DNA of 32,000 nt from Geotalea uraniireducens Rf4 (GCF_000016745.1 NC_009483.1:1170001-1202000), one strand, 5' to 3'; shown: positions 1 through 9,124, counted from the stretch's first letter. Numbers and translations: made by a program. The notes: generated by a model from the letters alone, not told the origin.

Positions 1-1059
1 TATCTGCGCTTCTCCGTCACTAACATCGATAAGGCCGGGAAATTCTCCATCTACGGTTATGGCAGGGGGGCGCAGGACTTCACCAACGGTGAAGGGCTGA
101 ATGGTCGCCTCTATTACCTTTATGGCGACTATCGCGATCTGTTCGACAAGGTCGACCTGAAAATAGGTCGCCAGTTTGTCAACCTCGCAGCAGGAAGCGC
201 CATTATCGACGGCGCCCAGGTTGACCTGAAAAATATCGGCCCGGTAGCATTCACCGTATTGGGCGGCCGGGATGTCGTTTTCGGGCTGAACGGCGAGATC
301 GGCGACGCCACCAACACGATTCTCGGCCTTGGCGCCTATCTGACCGGCTTCTCGAAGACCGATGCAGAAGTGAGCTGGTTCCGCAAATGGGACGGAGGCG
401 ATGTGGCACGTGACATCATCGGGCTTGCGGCCAAGCAGTACCTGTTGAACAACGTCAAGGTCTACGGCAATGCCAGGTATGACATTACCGCGGAAACATT
501 CAACGAGGTTCAGGGCGGGTTGAAATACTATCCGACATCGAACCTGATCTTTACCGGAGAGTACTACCAGAGCTACGCAACCTTCGACACCACGTCCATA
601 TACTCTGTTTTTGCCGTCAACAAGTATAGTGAAGGGGTGTTCCGGGCCGATTACATCTTCAACGACATGGTGTCGGTCAATGCCGGCTACAATCGGCAGG
701 GTTACGGAGAAGGTGCAGCTGCAAACGTTTATCACGCAGGAATCGGTGTTCGTCCCATCGAGCCCATCAAGCTGAATGTGGAATACGACAACCGAACCGG
801 CTACTACGGCAGCACAAGCGGCGTATTGGCTGACGTGGCCTACGACATCAACAAGGCATCCCAGGTCGCAGGCGGCATCACCTATGACGTTTACCAGCGT
901 GACGCGCTCACCGGCGACGAGATTGCTCGCAGATACTGGTTGGGCGGCAAATACAAGCTGGCCAGCAATATGGCAGTGTCCGGCCGCATCCAGGACGACG
1001 TCAATGCGCGTTTCAGCCGTAACGTCTCCGGGCGCGTGACGTTCGATTACGATTTCTAG
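1..1059 (+). CDS. Porin-like outer-membrane beta-barrel protein of porin-cytochrome module 1 (5' end outside window)
   Basis: Frame 1 is open from base 1 (YLRFSVTNIDKAGKFSIYGYGRG...). It is colinear and homologous with the complete 405-aa paralog at 5299..6516 (shared GRLYYLYGDYRDLFDK, VSWFRKWD, YSVFAVN). Alternating beta-strand pattern; C-terminal ...TFDYDF beta-signal; followed by multihaem cytochrome genes. The track start at 259 is internal. Confidence 0.8.
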   Translation, partial: YLRFSVTNIDKAGKFSIYGYGRGAQDFTNGEGLNGRLYYLYGDYRDLFDKVDLKIGRQFVNLAAGSAIIDGAQVDLKNIGPVAFTVLGGRDVVFGLNGEIGDATNTILGLGAYLTGFSKTDAEVSWFRKWDGGDVARDIIGLAAKQYLLNNVKVYGNARYDITAETFNEVQGGLKYYPTSNLIFTGEYYQSYATFDTTSIYSVFAVNKYSEGVFRADYIFNDMVSVNAGYNRQGYGEGAAANVYHAGIGVRPIEPIKLNVEYDNRTGYYGSTSGVLADVAYDINKASQVAGGITYDVYQRDALTGDEIARRYWLGGKYKLASNMAVSGRIQDDVNARFSRNVSGRVTFDYDF

Positions 1060-1074
1060 AAAGGGGGTGCTACT

Positions 1075-1776
1075 GTGAAGAAATTGTTGTTTGTTTGTAT
1101 GCTTCTGTTGATGTCTGCCTTGTATGTCACGCAGGCTACGGCTCAGAAACAGCCACACAAGGAATACGCCGAATCGAAGCTTTCCGAGTGCAACAGCTGC
1201 CACAAGGCTGAAGGTATAGCGCCCAACCATGACAGTGACTGGGTTCGCAGCCACCGTTCCTTGGCAAGCAAGGCGGGTAACAACTGCGCCGAGTGCCATA
1301 ATCAGTCCTTCTGTCTCGATTGTCACAAGGGGGGCGGAATAAATGCCGATCTTTCCACGGCCACCTTCGGGCGGGACTATATTCCCAAAAGCCACCGGAG
1401 CGATTTTGTCACCATCCATCCGATCAAGGCCCTGGACAATCCGCAGACCTGTTACCGTTGCCATGACCAGAAATACTGCACCGCGTGCCATGACCGTTTC
1501 CCGAAAGGAAAGCTGCGGATCAAGTCGCACCTGATGAGCGGTCCTGATCACCAGGTATACAGGTTTGCCGTAAACGAGCATGCAACCGAGGCGCGGAGGA
1601 ACCTGCAATCCTGCCAGACCTGCCATCCGGACGGGGATGTCTGCATCCAGTGCCATAGCGCAAAGACAAGCGGCGCCAATCCGCATCCGCGCAACTGGAA
1701 AGACATCAGCGGCAATTACAAGGATAAGGCGGGTACCAGGATTTGTCTTAAATGCCACCTGCCCGGAACTATTTAA
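1075..1776 (+). CDS. Periplasmic octahaem c-type cytochrome (Pcc module 1)
   Basis: GTG start 7 nt after an AAGGGGG RBS. Sec-type signal peptide (MKKLLFVCMLLLMSALYVTQATA). Eight CXXCH motifs in 233 aa. Paralog of 6532..7311, with the same GTG-start and RBS arrangement. Confidence 0.88.
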   Translation: MKKLLFVCMLLLMSALYVTQATAQKQPHKEYAESKLSECNSCHKAEGIAPNHDSDWVRSHRSLASKAGNNCAECHNQSFCLDCHKGGGINADLSTATFGRDYIPKSHRSDFVTIHPIKALDNPQTCYRCHDQKYCTACHDRFPKGKLRIKSHLMSGPDHQVYRFAVNEHATEARRNLQSCQTCHPDGDVCIQCHSAKTSGANPHPRNWKDISGNYKDKAGTRICLKCHLPGTI

Positions 1777-1808
1777 TTGAGTCAACTACCAACGAAGGAG
1801 GATTCAGC

Positions 1809-3539
1809 ATGAGTAGAAAAGTATTCAAGTATTCAGCAGTGATTGCTTCGCTTCTGTTAACGGCAGTCTTCGCCGGCTGCGGCACCAGCAACAAGGAGGG
1901 GAGCGACCCATCAGCAGTGGCTGATGTGCCCAAGGTCTCCGAGTCCGCCTGTGCCCAGTGCCATGGGGCTTCCGTCGATCATGTGACAGGCGACAATATT
2001 TACAAAGATTACATTGCCTCTTCGCATTTTACCAATAACTTCCGCCTCGTGGGATGCCAAGACTGCCATGGTGGCGGCTCACAGCACAACGGGGTCGGTC
2101 CTCTTCCCTATCCCGATCCCTCCGCAGCGGGTAAATGTTTCGACTGCCACAAACCTGCTTTCCTCGGCAACTACGAGGCTACCAAAGTGGCAACTGCCGT
2201 TGAGAAAGCCCACTTTTACAACATGACCGCCTCGCAGCTCGATCCGGACAATTTTGCCCCGGCCATGTATGTTAGCGCCAATTACCAGAAGTCCTGCACC
2301 AGTTGTCACGACCCCCATAAGGGCAACAACGGCGTCGGCCAGGAGCACAAGGATTGGGCAGAATCGGGCCACGGCAAAGTGGACAGCCCTGCCTGGGCTG
2401 ACGAGGATTTCAAAGAGAACGCCTCCTGTATCCGCTGCCACACTGCGACAGGCTACATTGACTATGTAAGCTCGGGATATACGCTCCCGACCACTACTTG
2501 GGCAAAAGCCGGCGATACAACCCGCGAAGTCATTACCTGCAAGGCTTGCCACACCGACTACAACTTTAAGAACAGAGTCCGAAACGCAGGCGCCTATACA
2601 GCTCCGTACAACAGCGGCAAGAACCCGAAGGCTTTTCCCAATGTTGGCGCCTCCAACCTGTGCAACGCTTGTCATGCCGGGCGTGAAAGCGGCGATACGG
2701 TTAAAGGCTTGACCTCCTTTACCAACACGAGCTTCAAGAATTCCCATTACCTGGCTGCTTCTGGGGTATTTTACGGTCAGGCCGGCTTCCAGTATTACAC
2801 TTCTAATGTGAAGTATGATACGGGATATAATACCGGCAAGAAGGATACTGCCACGACATTTGCTGCAACCTGGAACCATGGCAAAATTGGTGTGAATAAT
2901 TTCAACAACAGCGGCTCTTCCGGCCAGTGTGTTGGCTGTCACTTCGGTAACGGAGGGATATATGCCAATTATTCATCCCATACTCTATCAGCTGTCAATG
3001 TCGCTCACAGCACGGGCGCAACCGGCTGCTACGGATGTCATTCCAGTGAAGATATCTCAACCTTGGTCGAGGAAGAAAAAGCTCTATTTGATCGCGGGAT
3101 GGATTTCTTCAACTTCACACTCGCCCAGAATAATATTTTCTACACCACTAGCTACCCGTACTTCATGACATCGGCGGGCGGTACTACGGCAATCAAAAAC
3201 TGGACATATGCTGCAACTGTGCCTGTCGGTCCGGCAACAGGAAACGGTGCGAACAACATGGGCGCTGCCTTCAACTATAATCTCCTTTTGAAAGAAAAAG
3301 GCGCCCACGTCCATAACCGTTCTTATGCCCGTCGGTTGATTTTCGACTCCATACAGTACCAGCAGAAAGGGGCAGTTACCTACTCAACTTCCACTGGAAG
3401 CATAGGTGGCGTAACAGATCCCAACAACCAGGTTTCCTTCACGGCTTATTCTACGGCACAACCTACCGGTACGATCAGCATTACAGGTCTTAAGGGATGG
3501 TTGCTGAGAAGCTCGGGTGGAAAATACTACAGGCGTTAG
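1809..3539 (+). CDS. Outer-surface lipoprotein multihaem c-type cytochrome, 9 CXXCH (Pcc module 1)
   Basis: ATG at 1809 preceded by GGAGG (1796-1800). Lipoprotein signal with lipobox FAGC (MSRKVFKYSAVIASLLLTAVFAGCG). Nine CXXCH motifs. Paralog of 9201..10805 (shared NNMGAAFNYNLL, RLIFDSI). The track start at 1752 overlaps the upstream gene and lacks a signal peptide. Confidence 0.88.
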   Translation: MSRKVFKYSAVIASLLLTAVFAGCGTSNKEGSDPSAVADVPKVSESACAQCHGASVDHVTGDNIYKDYIASSHFTNNFRLVGCQDCHGGGSQHNGVGPLPYPDPSAAGKCFDCHKPAFLGNYEATKVATAVEKAHFYNMTASQLDPDNFAPAMYVSANYQKSCTSCHDPHKGNNGVGQEHKDWAESGHGKVDSPAWADEDFKENASCIRCHTATGYIDYVSSGYTLPTTTWAKAGDTTREVITCKACHTDYNFKNRVRNAGAYTAPYNSGKNPKAFPNVGASNLCNACHAGRESGDTVKGLTSFTNTSFKNSHYLAASGVFYGQAGFQYYTSNVKYDTGYNTGKKDTATTFAATWNHGKIGVNNFNNSGSSGQCVGCHFGNGGIYANYSSHTLSAVNVAHSTGATGCYGCHSSEDISTLVEEEKALFDRGMDFFNFTLAQNNIFYTTSYPYFMTSAGGTTAIKNWTYAATVPVGPATGNGANNMGAAFNYNLLLKEKGAHVHNRSYARRLIFDSIQYQQKGAVTYSTSTGSIGGVTDPNNQVSFTAYSTAQPTGTISITGLKGWLLRSSGGKYYRR

Positions 3540-3562
3540 TTTTCGAATTGTTCTGACATTAA

Positions 3563-3592
3563 GCCCCGTCTCGCAAGAGGCGGGGCTTTTTT
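3563..3592 (+). terminator. Rho-independent terminator ending Pcc module 1
   Basis: 10-bp GC-rich stem gccccgtctc/gaggcggggc (one G-U pair), GCAA loop, then six T. It lies 24 nt after the stop at 3539. Confidence 0.85.
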
Positions 3593-3671
3593 GTGGTGCG
3601 ATAGCTTGTGTCTGCTAGAATCAAATTACATGGGGACCATTAAGTTGATTTGTAGCCGGAATCCTAAGCCT

Positions 3672-4790
3672 ATGAAACTGCGTTTCGACAAAATTCGCAT
3701 GCTGACGATCTGCGTCGGCTTGTCCGTCCTGGCGCACCTCCTGCTGCTCTTTCCGTTGGGGAAACTCGGCAGCTACAATTTCGCCAGGCCGGTCAACCCG
3801 CTCCAGGCTGTCATGGTGGACTTGGCGCGAACTGGCGATGATGTCGTGGCTGACAAGGAATCTGGCCACACCAGTGACACCGCCAGTGCGGCAGGAGATG
3901 CGGAAGATGAGTCAAGCCATGTCCCAATGGGTGGAGAGTCATTTGATGCGCCGCTGCAAGAAGGGCGTTGGGCTGTGCCTGTAACGGCGGCGGACGAAAA
4001 TGTACCGGGCACGGACAAGGCCGACTCTCTGCAGAACAATGTGTCGAATAGTGAGACGACACCCGCGGCATCACGGAAAAATTCGCCTGTATATGTGATT
4101 CAGCCACCGTTGAGAACCGCGAGCGAGTTCCTGGCAACGGAACGGGAAAAGCTTACCTACCAGATAAGCATGTTCGGTCTCCCGGTAGGGATTGCCGAAC
4201 TGGAGGCGAAAAACGAGCGCGGGGAGGTGAGAATCACGCTGAAGGTCAAGTCAAACTCCGTCCTCTCCAGCCTTTACCCCGTGGACGATCTCGTCGAGAC
4301 GCGGCATATCGGCGGCAATTTCATCCTCACCAGGATCAGGCAGCAGGAAGGATCTTTCAGGAGCGACAGGGGGTTCACCATCATGCTGCGGGAAAAGAAA
4401 GTGTTCTGGATCGACCGCCTCAAGAACCGCAGCACTACGGAACCGATTCCGAACGGCGAGGTGCTGGACATCATTTCCGGGCTTTATTATTTGAGAAACC
4501 GGCCGTTGCAGGTCGGCAAGACCGAGCTGCTCCAGGTTTTCGACAGCGATACCTATACCCCATTACCTGTCGAGGTCCTGCGGCGGGAACAGGTGCGGCT
4601 TCCGGGATTCAGGAAAGCCGACACCATAGTGATCAAGCCGCTCCTGAAGACCGACGGCATATTCAAGAGGACCGGCGATGTGACGATCTGGCTGACCGAT
4701 GACGACTTCAGGGCGCCGGTGAAGGTGGAGACACAGGTACCCCTCGGCAAGGTGACGGCGGAACTGCTGTCGGCGGAGACCCAGCGCTGA
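3672..4790 (+). CDS. Membrane-anchored DUF3108-like protein
   Basis: Start chosen at ATG 3672 (MKLRFDKIRMLTICVGLSVLAHLLLLFPL, one N-terminal TM helix). The track TTG at 3591 lies inside the upstream terminator; ATG 3630 is also possible. An acidic low-complexity linker is followed by a C-terminal ~220 aa that matches my memory of DUF3108 (LSGLYYLR..., TIWLTDDDFRAPVKVE..PLGKVTAEL). Confidence 0.6.
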   Translation: MKLRFDKIRMLTICVGLSVLAHLLLLFPLGKLGSYNFARPVNPLQAVMVDLARTGDDVVADKESGHTSDTASAAGDAEDESSHVPMGGESFDAPLQEGRWAVPVTAADENVPGTDKADSLQNNVSNSETTPAASRKNSPVYVIQPPLRTASEFLATEREKLTYQISMFGLPVGIAELEAKNERGEVRITLKVKSNSVLSSLYPVDDLVETRHIGGNFILTRIRQQEGSFRSDRGFTIMLREKKVFWIDRLKNRSTTEPIPNGEVLDIISGLYYLRNRPLQVGKTELLQVFDSDTYTPLPVEVLRREQVRLPGFRKADTIVIKPLLKTDGIFKRTGDVTIWLTDDDFRAPVKVETQVPLGKVTAELLSAETQR

Positions 4791-4888
4791 TTTGGCGGAA
4801 GCCCTGGAGCCTTTCTTGTGGTGCGCAGGTGGCAGCGCTTCATCGATAAACCAAATAAATATAACGACAATTCTATTGTGCGAGTAAA

Positions 4889-4917
4889 AGCCTCGGGGAG
4901 CACCCCGGGGCTTTTTT
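4889..4917. terminator. Rho-independent terminator after the DUF3108 gene (T-run on plus, weaker T-run on minus)
   Basis: Stem agcctcgggg/ccccggggct (one G-U pair), AGCA loop, then TTTTTT on the plus strand. On the minus strand the same hairpin is followed by CTTTTA. Confidence 0.75.
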
Positions 4918-5113
4918 ATTCCAATTCCAAATCAAGGCGCTATCTTCGTTGGCTCGTCTTCGGCTCCTCAACGTACTATCTGTACGCCTTCGTCGCCTCA
5001 CTCCTCGCCGCCTTGATTTCATCCTTGATTTGAAATTGGAATTATCTGGCGACGGTAACGGTCAAGCCGTTCTGTGCCTGCCGGGCGAAAAAAAATGCTG
5101 ATTGAGTGGATAT

Positions 5114-5141
5114 TTGAACAAAGGGTGGTACATTCTATATT
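5114..5141 (+). promoter_or_regulatory. Candidate sigma70-type promoter for Pcc module 2
   Basis: TTGAAC (5114-5119), 16-nt spacer, TATATT (5136-5141), about 155 nt upstream of ATG 5299, in an AT-rich patch. A TTGATC-N17-TAGAAT match lies on the opposite strand (5160-5132), so chance matches are plausible. Confidence 0.3.
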
Positions 5142-5298
5142 TGTAATTAAACGCGATCAATAATGTGCTGAAGATGTTGCCGGAATAACTGGTAGAGGCG
5201 GTGTCGGCTCAGAAAGTTTTCTTGTTGAGGAGGTAGAGGCATGATGCCGAAAGTCACGTAGTTCAGTTGCAATAAAATCAAGAAAGGAGGTCCATTGA

Positions 5299-6516
5299 AT
5301 GGGAATCAAAGGGGTATTACGCTTGCTTTTGTTTGTATTTCTGCTGTCCGCTACAAGCGGGTGGGCGGCAGATATCCATGGCAAAAGTTCAACTCAGTTG
5401 CTCTGGTTCAACGATTTTTACAATGGTCGCCAGATCGAATTGGGTGAGTACCTGCAATTTTCTGTGACCAAGCTTGACAAGGACGGCAAATTTAACATCT
5501 ACGGTTACGGCAGGGGCACCCAGGACCTGACCAACGGTGAAGGTCTGAACGGACGTCTTTACTACCTCTATGGCGATTACCGCGATCTTTTTGACAAGCT
5601 CGATGTCAAGCTGGGCCGTCAGTTCGTCAATCTGTCCGCAGGAACCACCATCATCGACGGCGGCCAGGCGGACCTGAAAAACATCGGTCCTGTGGCATTT
5701 ACCGTCTTGGGTGGCCGTGACGTGGTTTTCGGGATCGATGGCGAACTAAGCCGCGACGGAAATTATGCCTTGGGGATGGCGGCCTATCTGACCGGCTTCA
5801 GGAAAACCGACCTGGACGTCAGCTGGTTCCGCAAGTGGGACGAGGGGGATGTCTCCCGCGACATCGTCGGGGGCTCATTCAAGCAATACCTTTTGGACAG
5901 CGTCAAACTTTACAGCAATGCCCGCTACGACCTGACAAGCGAGGTTTTTAACGAAGTGCTTGCGGGAATCAAGTACTTTCCCACGGCCAACCTCGTCCTG
6001 ACCGGTGAATGGTTCCAGAGTTACCCCACCTTCGATACAACCAGCATTTATTCGGTCTTTGCGGTCAACCGCTACCAGGAAGGTGTGGTCCGGGCCGACT
6101 ATACGATCAATGAAAACATAGCAGTCAATGCCGGATACAGCCGGCAGGACTACGGAGAGGACGGGACCGCAGATGTTTATGAAGCGGGCTGCACTCTGCG
6201 GCCGATCAACACCTTGACGATCGGGCTTGCCTACGACCGTCACGAGGGGTATGGCGGCCACCTGGACGGCGGGACCTTTGATGTGACCTGGGACGCCACG
6301 AAGGAACTGATGCTCGCAGGGGGGCTTACCGTTGACGCTTACAACAGGGATTTCTTCCCGACCGTGTCCGGCGACGAGATTGCCCAGAAATACTGGCTGG
6401 GCGCCAAATACAGAATGGGGAGGAACATGGCGGCTTCCCTGCGGATAGAAGACGACGTGAACGTTACTTACAACAGCAACGTTCAGGGACGCTTTGTTTT
6501 TGACTACAGTTTTTAG
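5299..6516 (+). CDS. Porin-like outer-membrane beta-barrel protein (Pcc module 2)
   Basis: AAAGGAGG RBS (5283-5290). Signal peptide MGIKGVLRLLLFVFLLSATSGWA. 405 aa with alternating beta pattern and C-terminal FVFDYSF. Paralog of 1..1059. Immediately followed by cytochrome genes. Confidence 0.85.
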   Translation: MGIKGVLRLLLFVFLLSATSGWAADIHGKSSTQLLWFNDFYNGRQIELGEYLQFSVTKLDKDGKFNIYGYGRGTQDLTNGEGLNGRLYYLYGDYRDLFDKLDVKLGRQFVNLSAGTTIIDGGQADLKNIGPVAFTVLGGRDVVFGIDGELSRDGNYALGMAAYLTGFRKTDLDVSWFRKWDEGDVSRDIVGGSFKQYLLDSVKLYSNARYDLTSEVFNEVLAGIKYFPTANLVLTGEWFQSYPTFDTTSIYSVFAVNRYQEGVVRADYTINENIAVNAGYSRQDYGEDGTADVYEAGCTLRPINTLTIGLAYDRHEGYGGHLDGGTFDVTWDATKELMLAGGLTVDAYNRDFFPTVSGDEIAQKYWLGAKYRMGRNMAASLRIEDDVNVTYNSNVQGRFVFDYSF

Positions 6517-6531
6517 AAAGGGGGTGCAGTT

Positions 6532-7311
6532 GTGAAAAGATTGCTGATTGTTTTTATGATTTTCTCCTTCTCAGCCGTATATGTGCAGCTGGCTGTCGCC
6601 CAGAAGGAATCCCACAAGGATTACGCTGCCATGAAAATTCCCGAATGCAACAGTTGTCACAAGTCGGAGGGGATCGCCCTCAATCATGACGTCGACTGGG
6701 TCAGGGGCCATCGGGTCCTGGCGAGCAGAGGCGGCGCAAATTGCAATCAGTGCCATGACCAGGCCTATTGCCTCGACTGCCATTCCGGCGGCGGCATCAA
6801 TGCGGACCTGCAAACTCAGAACTACCGGAGGGATTACATCCCCAAGAGCCATCGCAGCGACTTCCTGGAGATTCATCCCATCAAGGCATTGGACAACCCA
6901 CAGACCTGCACCCGTTGCCATGATCAGAAATACTGCACCCAGTGCCATTCCCAGTTCCGGGGCACGGATCTGCAGTTCCTCTCCCATCGGCGCCAGTTTC
7001 GGGATATTTCACTCTCCAGCGTTGGTCCCAAACACGAAATTTTCAACCCTACGCAATGTCAGACCTGCCATCCCGGTGGCATCCTCCCCAGCCACAAGTG
7101 GGCGGGTGACCATGCCACCGAGGCGCGGCGCAACCTGCAGTCATGCCAGACCTGCCACGGTGACGGCGACGTCTGCCTGAAGTGCCACAGCGCCCGACAG
7201 AATTCGGGATTGCGGGTAAACCCCCATCCGCGTAACTGGGGTTCGATCAAGGGGAATCTTAAGGACAAGAGTAATGGCAGAAGCTGCATCAGATGCCACG
7301 ATAGTTTCTAA
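6532..7311 (+). CDS. Periplasmic nonahaem c-type cytochrome (Pcc module 2)
   Basis: GTG start after an AAGGGGG RBS, as in module 1. Signal peptide present. Nine CXXCH motifs. Colinear with 1075..1776 except for an inserted segment carrying an extra CQTCH. Confidence 0.88.
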   Translation: MKRLLIVFMIFSFSAVYVQLAVAQKESHKDYAAMKIPECNSCHKSEGIALNHDVDWVRGHRVLASRGGANCNQCHDQAYCLDCHSGGGINADLQTQNYRRDYIPKSHRSDFLEIHPIKALDNPQTCTRCHDQKYCTQCHSQFRGTDLQFLSHRRQFRDISLSSVGPKHEIFNPTQCQTCHPGGILPSHKWAGDHATEARRNLQSCQTCHGDGDVCLKCHSARQNSGLRVNPHPRNWGSIKGNLKDKSNGRSCIRCHDSF

Positions 7312-7336
7312 TCAATTCTGAAAGGAGGAAGTTTAC

Positions 7337-9124
7337 ATGTGTAGAAACATCCTGTTAAGATCTATGGCACTGACGTCCTTCCTGCTTGCCGGGCTGCTCG
7401 GCGGTTGTGGAGGAAATGGCGGTACCGCGGCGCCCACCGCGGCAAAAGTGCAGAAAGGGGACCCGGCTATTGCGGGCGCCGCGGGGTTTGTCGGTTCCGA
7501 GAAATGCCAGCCTTGTCATCCCAAACACTTTGTCGGCTGGTCGAACACGTTGCACAACAAGCCCCTTAAATACTTTTCCGAGCTGGGGAGCAGTATCCTC
7601 GTCAATGATCGTGATGGCAACGGCGTCAACGATTTCGCGGACAACCTGAATTTCAACAACTTCTCCAGTAACGGCAAAAGCCTCTCGGCAGGAGTTCCCG
7701 ACCTCAAGGACAACACGGGGAAACTCTACGCGAACCCCTTCAACTCCCGGAAGCCGAAAGCCCCGATCCTCTCCGCTTCCGGCGGCAAGTTCTTCATCCA
7801 GATCGGTACAACCAACTATGAAATCCAGCGGACCCAGGGAGGGAACGGTTACTGGAAGCAGCGATATCAGACAAAGATCGGCAACGCCTATTATGTGACC
7901 CCGGTCCAGTACAACGAATTTTCCAAACGGTACTCTCCATACAATGATAGTAACTGGTACTCCGCCGGATCGAGCGCGTTCTTCAGCGACGCTTACGGGA
8001 GCGATACCTTGGTGCAGGCGGTTGCCAAGAAGATGGTCATCTCTGCCGCGGGTCCCGCCTCGTCAAGCTGGGACAACAGGTGCGCCGGTTGCCACCAGAC
8101 CGGTCTGACCGCCGAATTCAAGACGTACAGCTCCTCCGCCGGGAGGAGGTCGGAAGTCGTTGCCGGCTACGTGGAAGTGAACATCGGTTGCGAGGCATGT
8201 CACGGGCCCGGCTCCGTTCACACGGTATCCCAGAAGGCCTCTGACATTATCAATCCGCAGAAACTTTTAGCTAAAGACAAGAGTGGTCTGTTGCTGGCAA
8301 ACGAAGTCTGCGGCAAGTGCCATGCCCGGACGGAAGGGTTTGCCCGTTTCAGCAGCTCCTTCGGCAGGGTGCAACAGCCGGTCGAGGCGCCTTCGAAACG
8401 AGGCGCTGATGCGACGAAAGCGGTATTCCCGCAGGTAGGCCAGAGCCTCGTCGGATTCTTCGAGTCCCACCCGGGAGTTTGGGGAACCGTAACGCTGACC
8501 GGCGCTTACGGAACCGATCCGGTTACCGGAACGTCCCAGATGAACAACTTCCCGGTTTATGCCGCTTCACGGCAGCACCACCAGCAGTGGATGGATGCGG
8601 AGCAGGGTGCTCATGGCCCGGATAAACAGCACGGCAGCGGCCTCACCTGCTGGAGTTGCCATGATCCCCATTCAACCGCCAAGCCGCACATGATCAGGGC
8701 AAGCATCAACGGCCAGCCGACCGACGCCCACGACAACACCCTTTGCCTGGCGTGCCATAACGCAGATGCCGGCTTCACCGGCGCGGACAACATGGAAAAG
8801 GTGAAGAAGCACGTCGCCGCCTACATCGGCGAGGCGAAGGCCGCCAAGATAACCGCCGCCAACTACCTGAAACCGGTCAAGCCGCTGACTCTTGGTAGAT
8901 ATACGTCGGCCAACTACGGCTTCAACTCCTATCGCAACGGCGAGTGCGTGAGCTGTCACATGCCGTATACTGCGTCATCAAGCGGGATACTGTTTAATGA
9001 CAACATGTCGTATAAGCAGGGGGATATCCGCAACCACACGATGAAAACCTTGCTGACAACGCCGGGGGCGTCCGGGACGAATAACGGACCGTCGTCCTGC
9101 TCCGGCTGCCATGCGATACCTTGA
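7337..9124 (+). CDS. Lipoprotein octahaem c-type cytochrome (module 2, no counterpart in module 1)
   Basis: AAAGGAGGA RBS (7321-7329). Lipobox LGGC (MCRNILLRSMALTSFLLAGLLGGCG). Eight CXXCH motifs, including CEACHGPGSVH. No obvious similarity to 1809..3539. Confidence 0.85.
   Translation: MCRNILLRSMALTSFLLAGLLGGCGGNGGTAAPTAAKVQKGDPAIAGAAGFVGSEKCQPCHPKHFVGWSNTLHNKPLKYFSELGSSILVNDRDGNGVNDFADNLNFNNFSSNGKSLSAGVPDLKDNTGKLYANPFNSRKPKAPILSASGGKFFIQIGTTNYEIQRTQGGNGYWKQRYQTKIGNAYYVTPVQYNEFSKRYSPYNDSNWYSAGSSAFFSDAYGSDTLVQAVAKKMVISAAGPASSSWDNRCAGCHQTGLTAEFKTYSSSAGRRSEVVAGYVEVNIGCEACHGPGSVHTVSQKASDIINPQKLLAKDKSGLLLANEVCGKCHARTEGFARFSSSFGRVQQPVEAPSKRGADATKAVFPQVGQSLVGFFESHPGVWGTVTLTGAYGTDPVTGTSQMNNFPVYAASRQHHQQWMDAEQGAHGPDKQHGSGLTCWSCHDPHSTAKPHMIRASINGQPTDAHDNTLCLACHNADAGFTGADNMEKVKKHVAAYIGEAKAAKITAANYLKPVKPLTLGRYTSANYGFNSYRNGECVSCHMPYTASSSGILFNDNMSYKQGDIRNHTMKTLLTTPGASGTNNGPSSCSGCHAIP

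Noticed and set aside
776-1039. Alternative-frame ORFs nested within cytochrome, porin and Mo-cluster genes (for example 776..1039, 6686..7180, 15729..16430, 24634..25305).
   Set aside because: They are same-strand, out-of-frame ORFs with Pro/Arg/Ala/Thr-rich compositions and no RBS. This is the expected by-product of high GC.
1752-1808. Upstream extensions of track ORFs: 1752 for the lipoprotein cytochrome, 3591 for DUF3108, 20082 for the methyltransferase, 21542 for radical SAM, 22855 for the ligase, 25955 for the histidine phosphatase, and 30903 and 28227 on the minus strand.
   Set aside because: Each extension overlaps the preceding gene, a terminator or a repeat and lacks an RBS. Internal starts have an SD and/or give a proper signal peptide or family N-terminus.
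4818-5033. 71-aa plus-strand ORF between the DUF3108 gene and Pcc module 2.
   Set aside because: It runs straight through the strong terminator hairpin (4889-4917) and the inverted-repeat element, starts at GTG within a decayed terminator copy, and has no RBS.
5040-5298. Looked for c-di-GMP/cGAMP (GEMM-I-type) riboswitch features upstream of the second Pcc module. Looked for a Moco riboswitch upstream of 11921, 13241 and 14516.
   Set aside because: I could not find the conserved cores I remember (the GEMM-I GCACAGGGCAAACC-like segment and tetraloop/receptor arrangement, or Moco-motif conserved stems). Only a covariance-model scan (Rfam GEMM and MOCO_RNA_motif models) could settle this.
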